Shown piece by piece: positions 9,030 to 16,668 of a stretch of DNA of 64,000 nucleotides. Numbering within the stretch: position 1 is the first letter of the stretch; every line of letters starts with the position of its first letter. The translations under genes and the position numbers were made by a program. The notes beneath the pieces are model-generated. The model made no database searches. It was not told the DNA's origin and saw only the letters and a program-made list of their open reading frames with translations. This DNA is from an uncultured Acidimicrobiales bacterium (GTDB taxonomy: Bacteria; Actinomycetota; Acidimicrobiia; Acidimicrobiales; DATKAS01), in contig CAVVET010000029.1 in assembly GCA_963747215.1 (NCBI GenBank), forward strand, positions 79,688 to 143,687, written 5' to 3'.

Positions 9030-10081
9030 CCGCACTCCGCGTGTCGCCCCTCGACGCGGAGCATCGAGCGCTCGGGGCCAAGATGGTCGACTTCGGCGGG
9101 TGGAGCATGCCGCTCGCCTACGGCAACGGCACCGTCGCCGAGCATCTCGCGTGTCGCAGCGACGCGGTCGCGTTCGATGTGAGCCACCTCGGCACCGTGC
9201 GCGTGGTCGGCGCGGGCAGCGTCGACCTGTTGCAGCGCACCCTCACGAACGATCTCACGAAGGTCGCGCCCGGCCGAGCGCAGTACACCCACCTGCTCGA
9301 CGAGGACGGCTCGGTGCTCGACGACCTGATCGTGTGGTGGAGGGATGAGGAGACGTTCGACGTCATGCCGAACGCGTCGAACACCGATCGGGTCGTCGAC
9401 GCGATCGGCGGCAGTGACGTGACCGCGAGCCGGGCGGTCATCGCCGTGCAAGGCCCCCGTGCGCGCGAGCGCCTCGCGGCGGTGAGCCCCGAAGCCGCGG
9501 CGGTCGGGCGCTTTGCGGTCGCCACGGTGCGGTGGAACCGCGTCGACATGACGGTCGCCGGCACGGGCTACACGGGCGAGGACGGCGTGGAGTGCGCCGT
9601 GCCCGCCCCGGCCGCCGCGGACCTCTGGCGGGCGATACTCGACGCCGCCGTGGCGCCCGCCGGGCTCGGCGCGCGCGACACGCTCCGACTCGAGGCCGGA
9701 CTGCCGCTGCACGGGCACGAGCTCGGTCCGGGCATCACGCCTCCGCAGGCTGGCCTGGCTTGGGTGGTGGCATGGGACAAGCCGGCGTTTCGAGGCCGCG
9801 CCGCTCTTCTCGCCGAGCGGGAGCGGGGCATCTCGCGTCGCCTCCGGGGCTTCGTGACCGGCGGCCGCCGGCCGCCCCGCGCCGATCAGGCGATCCTGAT
9901 CAACGGCGAGCAGGTCGGGGTGGTGACGAGCGGCAACTTCTCTCCGGTGCTCGAGCGGGGCATCGCGCTCGGCTTCGTCCCCCCGACGGTGCAGGTGGGC
10001 GACAGGGTCGAGATCGACGTCCGCGGCGAACGGACCGGGGCCGAGGTCGTGAAGACGCCGTTCGTGGCGCGCGGGGGCTAA
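9026..10081 (+). CDS. gcvT: Glycine cleavage system aminomethyltransferase T
   Basis: SPLDAEHRALGAKMVDFGGWSMPLAY...HLACRSDAVAFDVSHLG...GYTGEDGVE...ARDTLRLEAGLPLHGHEL is the canonical GcvT pattern. The 351-aa frame is intact. Confidence 0.9.
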   Translation: MTALRVSPLDAEHRALGAKMVDFGGWSMPLAYGNGTVAEHLACRSDAVAFDVSHLGTVRVVGAGSVDLLQRTLTNDLTKVAPGRAQYTHLLDEDGSVLDDLIVWWRDEETFDVMPNASNTDRVVDAIGGSDVTASRAVIAVQGPRARERLAAVSPEAAAVGRFAVATVRWNRVDMTVAGTGYTGEDGVECAVPAPAAADLWRAILDAAVAPAGLGARDTLRLEAGLPLHGHELGPGITPPQAGLAWVVAWDKPAFRGRAALLAERERGISRRLRGFVTGGRRPPRADQAILINGEQVGVVTSGNFSPVLERGIALGFVPPTVQVGDRVEIDVRGERTGAEVVKTPFVARGG

Positions 10082-10084
10082 TGG

Positions 10085-10184
10085 AAGCGGCGCAGTGCGC
10101 CGCTCGGGTGCGCGAAGCACCGATCGTCGAGCGACAGCGAGCAGGAGCCGATCGAAGCGAAGCGGAGAGCGGCGACGAGGAGGG
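10085..10184. repeat. Dispersed hairpin-bearing intergenic repeat, copy A (inverted relative to copies B and C)
   Basis: Fills the convergent gcvT/LLM gap. Its reverse complement shares with 29036-29175 the blocks CCTCGTCGCCGCTCTCCG, CGGCTCCTGCTCGCT, TCGCTCGAC(G/A)ATCG and GGCGGCGCACTGCGCCGC. Contains the 17-nt palindrome GCGGCGCAGTGCGCCGC (10087-10103). Confidence 0.65.
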
Positions 10185-11357
10185 CTAGGCCGACGACCCG
10201 CGGCGCTCGCGCTCGGCCTGGTATTCGCCGATCGATTTCATCTGGGCGTTGATCGTCGCGGTGACGAACGTGTCGCCCTCACCCATCACCCAGTCGTACG
10301 ACGCCTGGGTCGGAGCCAGCTGCCCCTTGAAGTGGGGCATGACGTACTGCGCGAACAGCTCGTAGGACCGCAGTGTGGCCTGCCAGTCAGCGAGGTCGGC
10401 ACCGAGGAAGAGGTAGCAGCCGAACCCACCTGACTCGTCGATGAGCCGCTGGATCTGGTTGATCGCCATCTCGGGAGTGCCGACGACGCCGGACCCCGTC
10501 GAGTTGAGCTCGTGCACCAGCTCCTCGTAGCTGGTCGCCGTCATGGGGTTCGTCGGGATGATGTGGGACAGGTAGTCGAACACCCACTCCAAGCCGTACC
10601 GGCAGTTCTCGAGCGCTTGCTCCTCCGTCTCGGCGATGTGCATCGGACCCATCATCCGCCACTTGCGCCGGTCGACGACCGTGCCGTAGTGCGCAGACTG
10701 CTCCTCCATCACCTTCCAGTGCCCGGCGAGCATCTCGAACCCCAGGGGGTTCGTCGCCGCGATCGAAAGGAGACCCGCTCCGTGCTTGCCGGCGGTCTTG
10801 GGCCCGGCCGGTGAGATCGATGCCGCTACCGCGACGTCGAACAGCGGATCGCTGTAGGGGTGCAGCTGCAGGCGCGCGCCGTCGCATGTGAACCAGTCCG
10901 AGTGGACGGTGACCGTCTCGCCCTTGAAGAGCGCCATCATCACGTCGAAGCTCTCTTCCATCATCCGGCGCTGCTCGTTGGTGTCGATGCCGAGCATCGT
11001 GGCGTCGGTGGTGAGCTGGCCGGGGCCGACACCGAACATCATCCGGCCGCGCGTCAGGTGGTCGAGCATGACGATCCGATCGGCGAGCACGAGCGGGTGG
11101 TGGTAAGGGAGCGAGCTCACGCCCGTCCCCAGCTTGATGTGGCGGGTGCGTTCGGCGGCCGCCGCGATCATCACCTCGGGCGAAGCGATCGTCTCCGATC
11201 CCGCCGAGTGGTGCTCGCCGATCCAGGCCTCGTCGTACCCGAGCCGATCGAGATGCTCGATCAGCTCCAGATCACGGTGAAGGTTGAGGGTGGGGTTCGT
11301 ACCCACCCGGTGCATCGGCGGAAGGAAGATCCCGAACCGGAGCGGCCATGACTGCAT
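10185..11357 (-). CDS. LLM class flavin-dependent oxidoreductase (luciferase-like monooxygenase)
   Basis: MQSWPLRFGIFLPPMH...LELIEHLDRLGYDEAWIGEHHS...FGVGPGQL is a luciferase-like TIM-barrel pattern. The start is the internal ATG 11357 of ORF 10185-11627. Confidence 0.8.
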   Translation of the reverse strand: MQSWPLRFGIFLPPMHRVGTNPTLNLHRDLELIEHLDRLGYDEAWIGEHHSAGSETIASPEVMIAAAAERTRHIKLGTGVSSLPYHHPLVLADRIVMLDHLTRGRMMFGVGPGQLTTDATMLGIDTNEQRRMMEESFDVMMALFKGETVTVHSDWFTCDGARLQLHPYSDPLFDVAVAASISPAGPKTAGKHGAGLLSIAATNPLGFEMLAGHWKVMEEQSAHYGTVVDRRKWRMMGPMHIAETEEQALENCRYGLEWVFDYLSHIIPTNPMTATSYEELVHELNSTGSGVVGTPEMAINQIQRLIDESGGFGCYLFLGADLADWQATLRSYELFAQYVMPHFKGQLAPTQASYDWVMGEGDTFVTATINAQMKSIGEYQAERERRGSSA

Positions 11358-12331
11358 CCGCCGATGATGACAGACCGCGGGTCGGCGCTTCCGCGCCCGG
11401 TGGCTCCTCCGGGTGACGCCACCGTCGCCACGCGTCTTCGATGCGGGGCAGGGCGAAGCAGATGCCCGCGAGGTAGAGCCAACCGACCACGGCGTCGATG
11501 AAGTAGTGCTCGCCGGTGTACACCAGCGTGAGCGCCATCGCGGCCGGGTAGACGTACACCGCCCACCGCACCGGTCCCTTGACCCGGCGCCACACCGCGG
11601 TGGCGACGAGCGCCGCCCACGCGGCATGCAGCGAGGGGATCGCGGCGAACGCGTTGCCGACGAGCTGGCCCTTCTTGATCAGCGTCTCGGCGGCATTGAT
11701 GTGGATGATCTGCCACCCGCGACCGGTGGACCGCACGACCTCGCCGATCTCGCCGACCTGGCTCGCGTACCACGGCGGGGCGGTGGGGACGATCGCGTAG
11801 GTGACGCAACCGAGGAAGCACAGCACGAGGAAGCGGCTCGCGAACCAACGCCAGTCGACCCGGTCTTTCGCCCAGAGGACGCCGGCGACGACGAACGGGA
11901 GGATGAAGTGGGTCGCGTAGATGACGCTCGCCGCGGCGTCCCACCAGTGCGCCTTCGCGTGCAGGAAGTTCTCCTGCAGCCAGACCGTGGGTATCTGGCC
12001 GAGACCGAAGATCTTGTCGACCTCGGCCTGAGGGGTGACCTGGATCGGCGCGTCGACGAAGCGGGCGGCGCCCACGCGCGAAGTCGTAGAGAGTGATGCC
12101 GATGATGAAGATCGACCAGTCCAGGAACATCCGCGGCAGCGTGCGCCACGGGCGGCCGATGGAGACCACGACGAGCCCGCCGACGATCCAGAGCAAGAGC
12201 CGCTCGCGGTCGAACGGGATGCCCGTCCGCCCCATGAACCATACGAAGACGACGAAGTAGGCGGCGAACGCCATCCAGCGCGCCACGATCCACGGGTTGA
12301 CACGCCGGCGCGGCGCGACAGCATCGACCAC
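11272..12331 (-). pseudogene. PAP2 superfamily membrane protein (PAP2_3 / inositol-phosphorylceramide-synthase-like), frameshift near 12060-12075
   Basis: The N-terminal TM part is in ORF 11261-12331 (WIVARWMAFAAYFVVFVWF...IFIIGITLYDF). The remainder is in ORF 11272-12549 (...FAAIPSLHAAWA...YTGEHYFIDAVVG), which carries the PSLH and HYxxD PAP2 C2/C3 motifs. The 3' end overlaps the LLM start by 86 nt, so it may hide another indel. Confidence 0.7.
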
Positions 12332-12359
12332 AGTGGTCGAAGGCGGAAGGGTGGAGGTG

Positions 12360-13121
12360 CTAATCGAGCAGATCCGGCTGCTGGTGGACGATCATCTCGT
12401 ACATCGGCTGGAACGAGAACCAGCCGGCCAGGTGGGACCCCACCTGCGTGTAGGTGAGGCGGGCATCGTCCTCGTCGATGAGGATCGGCTTCCCGGCGGC
12501 ATCCGCGAGCAGCTGCGCCTGGCAGCTGCGATCCATCGTGATGAACCACCAGACGGCCTCGTCGACCGTCTCGCCGACGGTGAGCAGGCCGTGGTTGCGC
12601 AGGATCGCGGCCTTGCTGTCACCGAGCGCGTGGGCGATGCGCTTGCCCTCCGAGGTGTCGAGGACGACCCCCGTGTAGTCGTCGAAGAGCACGTGGTCGT
12701 CATAGAAGGCGCAGGCGTCCTGGGTGATCGGGTCGAGGAGGCGACCGAGCGACGACCAGGCCTTGCCGTGCATCGAGTGGCAATGCGCAGCTGCGTTCAC
12801 ATCCGGACGGGCGGCGTGGATCTGGCTGTGGATCGCAAAGGCCGCTCGATTGACGACGTCATTGCCCTCGACGACCTCGCCGTGATGGTTCACGAGCAGC
12901 AGGTCCGAGACGCTGATCAGGCTGAAGTGCTTGCCGAACGGGTTCACCCAGAAGTGGTCGCTGAGCTCCGGGTCGCGGGCAGTGATGTGCCCCGCCGGCC
13001 CCTCGTCATATCCGAGCTTCGCCCAGAGGCGGAACGCGGCGGCGAGCCGCTGCTTACGGTGGAGGCGCTCCTCTTCGACGGACGGGAGCACCGCTGGATG
13101 GCCGATGTTCTTCTGCTGCAT
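12360..13121 (-). CDS. Class II aldolase/adducin family protein
   Basis: GHITARDPE...FWVNPFG...IHSQIHAARPDVNAAAHCHSMHGKAWS...ILRNHGLLTVGETVDEAV is the typical class II aldolase/adducin N-terminal domain, including the metal-binding histidines. Confidence 0.8.
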   Translation of the reverse strand: MQQKNIGHPAVLPSVEEERLHRKQRLAAAFRLWAKLGYDEGPAGHITARDPELSDHFWVNPFGKHFSLISVSDLLLVNHHGEVVEGNDVVNRAAFAIHSQIHAARPDVNAAAHCHSMHGKAWSSLGRLLDPITQDACAFYDDHVLFDDYTGVVLDTSEGKRIAHALGDSKAAILRNHGLLTVGETVDEAVWWFITMDRSCQAQLLADAAGKPILIDEDDARLTYTQVGSHLAGWFSFQPMYEMIVHQQPDLLD

Positions 13122-13141
13122 GCCGGGAGTTTAAGGCCCGT

Positions 13142-14390
13142 TCACTCCACAGATCCGTACGCGCCCTGCTCTCCGTGAGCCCCACCGCTACGCACCTCGG
13201 ACACCGCAGCGGTGAGGTCTTCGACGAAGCGATCCATCACGGCTGCGTGAACGGCGTTGACGGTGGCGTGAAGGCTCGGCGGCGGCTCCTGGCGGTCGAG
13301 GTACCAGCCTCGGCGCCTGAGCGCGTCCGCCACCGCGTAGATGTCGAGGTCGTCGTCCTCGGAGCCGAACGCGACGAGCGTCACCTCCGGCTCGCCCCGG
13401 ACGACGAGGCCCGGCACCGCCCGGATGGCGTCGACAAGCTGCAGCGTCGCGTCTCGTGCCTGCTTGGTGAGCCGCCGATAGCCGTCCTCACCCAGGTACT
13501 GCATCACGGCCCACGCGGCGGCCCACGGCCCCACCGACTTGGTGCCGAGGACCGCGGACGATCCGTACGCGCCTCCGGTCCAGTTGTCTGTGAAGAACGT
13601 CTGGTACGAGCGCAGCTCCTTCGTGCGGTGGACGATCACGGACGCACCCTTGGCCGCGTAGCCGAACTTGTGCAGGTCGACGGAGATCGACGTCACGCCC
13701 TCGACGCGGAAGTCCCACGGAGGGATCGGCTGGCCGAGCCGCTCCAGCATGGGGAGGGTGATGCCGCCCATGCACGCGTCGACGTGGCAGCTGATGCCTC
13801 GTTCGCCGGCCAGTGAGGCGATCGCGCTCGATCGGATCGATGACGCCCTGCGGGTACTGGGGCGCGGAGCCGACGACCAGGACGGTTCGGCCTGTGATGG
13901 CGTCGGCCATCGCGTCGGTGTCGGCGCGGTAGTCGTCGCCGACGGGGACCCGCACGGACCGCACGCCGAAGTAGTGCGCGGCCTTCTCGAACGCGGCGTG
14001 CGCGGACGAGGGGAGCACCATCTCGGCCTCGGTGATGTCGCGCTCGCGCCGCCCCCGCTCGCGGGCGGCCTTCACGGTCATGAGCAGGCTCTCGGTGCCG
14101 CCCGTCGTCATGAATCCGGCGGCTTCCTCGCCGCCGTGCACAAGGTCGGCGACCATGCCGACGACCTCGGCCTGCAGGCGGCGGCTGCTCGGGAAGGCGT
14201 CGGGGTTGAGCCCGTTGTCGTCCATGAACGCGATGAGGGCGTCGGCTTGGAGGTCGAGCACGTCCTGCCCGGCGTGGTACGCGAGCGTGAACGCGCGGCC
14301 CGATCGCCAATCGACGTCGCTCGTGCGCATCGCGTCGAGCTCGCCCAACACATCGTCACGAGAGCGACCGTGCTCGGGAAGCCGGGTCAT
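13142..14390 (-). pseudogene. PLP-dependent group II decarboxylase-fold enzyme, sphingosine-1-phosphate lyase-like; frameshift near 13790-13830
   Basis: The N-terminal part is in ORF 13488-14525 from ATG 14390 (MTRLPEHGRSRDDVLGEL...GFMTTGGTESLLM...). The C-terminal part is ORF 13142-13771 with VTSISVDLHKFGYAAKGASVIV. This PLP-lysine box is closest to the SISxDxHKYGxAxKG box of S1P lyases as I remember it. Confidence 0.7.
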
Positions 14391-15679
14391 GGCGACTCTG
14401 AGATCGTGATCTGCAGCGAGGGGAAGGACGCCTTCAACTCGGTCTCGTCGAAGCCGACCAGCTGGTCGTCGATGCCGAGCGTGGCCCGCAGATGCGCGGT
14501 CGTGAGCGCATCGAGAACGGGCCACACCTGGCGCGCCTCCGTGTGCTTCGGGTCGCAGCCGTCGGCAAAGACGGCGCTGACGATCGGGGGCACGGCCACA
14601 CCGGCCTGCGACGCCGCATCGAGCACGTTCGGCTGCCCGGGACCGGTCAGCTCGCAGATGTCGGTGAAGCCGAGGTGCGTCATCCCGTCGAGGATCGCGA
14701 GCCGCTTCGGGGCGGGGAGCGCGGCGTAGGCGGCGTCGACGCGGGGGAGTGGGGCAATGACGTCGGCGGAGCCGGCAATGAGCAGCGCGGGCTTCTCGGG
14801 TGGCGCCGCGCCCCCGGTCGTCGGGGTCGTCGGCTCGACGAAGGAGCCGCCGACCGGGAACGCGAACGCGACGTAGCTCGTGATACGCGGGTCGCGCGCG
14901 GCCGCGAACACCGCAAAGCCTCCGAGCGAGTGCCCAACCGCGCCCACGCGAGTCGTGTCGACAGCGAGACCAGCGAGCGGTCCCGTCGACGCCGTGCTCG
15001 CGGCCTGCACGACGTCGATCGCGCCGAGGAGCTGGCCGACATCGGGGGAATCGTCCGTCCCGATCTGCCCCGCGAACGCCGCCAGGTCACCGAAGACGGC
15101 GGTGAGGTTCCGGTAGGGATGCTCCACCGCCGCGACGACGAACCCCCACGATGCGAGATGCGTCGTGAGGAACGTGGACTGCAGGCGATAGCCGGCCAAG
15201 CCGTGGCTGAACAGCACGAGTGGGTAGGGGCCGCCGTCCGGGTCAGCCGGAGGGAGCCCTGCGTATGCCGACATCGCGTAGTCGTCGAATCCGGCGACCT
15301 TGGCCGCCTCCTCGGGCGGCAGCCACTCGCGGAGGTCGTACGTCGCGGCCGGCTGGCCCTCTTCTGATCCGTCGAGCGCCGGGTAGAAGACGGTGATCGG
15401 CACGTCGCCGTCCGTGAGCTCCACGACTCCCACCGGGTACGGCCCCGGCTCGACATAGGGGACTGCGGTCGCGGTGTTCGTGGCGGCGGAAGTCGCGGGC
15501 GCGGGCCTCACGACCGCGCCCGCCACGCTCGGACTCGTCGAGACAGCGGCCGTGGACGCTCCGGAGCTCGCGGGTGCAGATGTCGAGTCCGGCGCCGACT
15601 CGGAGGCGTCGCCGGAGCCTCCGCAGGCCGCCAGCGCCAGGCCCAGTGCGGCGATCACCCCCGCCTTTCTGATCTGCAC
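14387..15679 (-). CDS. Secreted lipoprotein, alpha/beta hydrolase of the PAF-acetylhydrolase (phospholipase A2 group VII)-like type
   Basis: Signal peptide plus lipobox (VQIRKAGVIAALGLALAAC, GTG 15679). PLVLFSHGLAGYRLQSTFLTTHLASWGFVVAAVEHP resembles the PAF-AH block PLVVFSHGLGAFR...LASHGFIVAAVEH. The nucleophile elbow is GHSLGG. The stop overlaps the downstream start (ATGA). Confidence 0.7.
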   Translation of the reverse strand: MQIRKAGVIAALGLALAACGGSGDASESAPDSTSAPASSGASTAAVSTSPSVAGAVVRPAPATSAATNTATAVPYVEPGPYPVGVVELTDGDVPITVFYPALDGSEEGQPAATYDLREWLPPEEAAKVAGFDDYAMSAYAGLPPADPDGGPYPLVLFSHGLAGYRLQSTFLTTHLASWGFVVAAVEHPYRNLTAVFGDLAAFAGQIGTDDSPDVGQLLGAIDVVQAASTASTGPLAGLAVDTTRVGAVGHSLGGFAVFAAARDPRITSYVAFAFPVGGSFVEPTTPTTGGAAPPEKPALLIAGSADVIAPLPRVDAAYAALPAPKRLAILDGMTHLGFTDICELTGPGQPNVLDAASQAGVAVPPIVSAVFADGCDPKHTEARQVWPVLDALTTAHLRATLGIDDQLVGFDETELKASFPSLQITISESP

Positions 15680-15710
15680 TGCGGCAAGGTGCCACACTCC
15701 GAGTCGGACC

Positions 15711-15749
15711 GCCCAATCACTCAGCCCAATCACTCAGCCCAATCACTCA
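15711..15749. repeat. Perfect 13-bp tandem repeat x3 (GCCCAATCACTCA)
   Basis: Read directly: three identical units at 15711-15723, 15724-15736 and 15737-15749. They abut the GGAGGA Shine-Dalgarno of the + strand LLM gene, in a divergent intergenic region. Confidence 0.95.
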
Positions 15750-15762
15750 GGAGGAACACCCG

Positions 15763-16661
15763 ATGCCGATGCCTGCCGTGTCCCTCGCCGCGGTGCCGGG
15801 CAAACGCAGCCGCGCCCTCGAGATGGCGACCGAGATCGAGAAGCGGGGATTCTCGGGCATCTACTGCCCGAGCCTCGGAGACGCGCTCGGGTTGTGCACG
15901 TCACTGGCGCATGTGACCTCGACGATCCGGTTCGGCACCGCGATCGAGCCGATCTACTTCCGCCACCCGACAGCGATGGCGCAGACCGCGTCGTACATCC
16001 ACGAGGTGAGCGGGGGTCGTTTCGACCTCGGCCTCGGTGTGAGCCACGGCCCGGTGCATCAACGCCTGGGCCTCGAGGTCGGCAAGCCCCTCTCCGACAT
16101 GCGCGACTACGTCCAGGCGATGCGCGCCGCCGACCGCGTGGGCGAGCTCCCTCCGATCGTGCTCGCGACGCTCAGGGACAAGATGGTCTCACTCGCGACC
16201 GAAGTCGCGGACGGCGCAGTCTGGGCCAACGCGTCACGGAGCCGGATGGAGGCGAGCCTGCGCGGCATCCCGGCCGAACGCCGGGACGCGGGGTTCTTCG
16301 TCGGCAACATGATCCCCACGGTGATCGACGATGACCGCGCCGCGGCCGCCGCGATCAACCGACGGACACTGACGGATACGTCGCACTCCCGAACTACCGC
16401 AACTACTGGAAGGCCGCGGGCTACGCCGAGGAGATGGACGCAATCGAAGCGGCCATCGCCGCGGGCGATCGTGATCGCGTGCCTCAGCTCATGAGCGACC
16501 GGTGGCTCGCGGACTCGACGTTGTTCGGCTCGGCCACCGACGTGCGCGATGGCGTCGAGGCATGGTTCGACGCCGGCGTGACGACGCCGATCCTCGTGAT
16601 GTCCTCGACCAAGGGCGGACAGTTCGTCGCGTTGGGCGAGCTGTTCGACGCCTACGCCTGA
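15763..16661 (+). pseudogene. LLM class F420-dependent oxidoreductase, frameshift near 16370-16385
   Basis: ORF 15763-16494 (MATEIEKRGFSGIYCPSLGDA...RFDLGLGVSHGP...) loses sense after ...AAINRRTL. ORF 16434-16661 supplies the normal C-terminus (MDAIEAAIAAGDRDRV...WLADSTLFGSATDVRDGVEAWFDAGVTTPIL). Confidence 0.75.
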
Positions 16662-16668
16662 TCGCCGC

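Noticed and set aside
15711-15749. Tandem repeats (here and at 26308-26352 and 22126-22188) as a CRISPR array
   Set aside because: The units are 13-21 nt and directly adjacent with no spacers. There are only 2-3 copies and no cas genes. These are simple tandem duplications.
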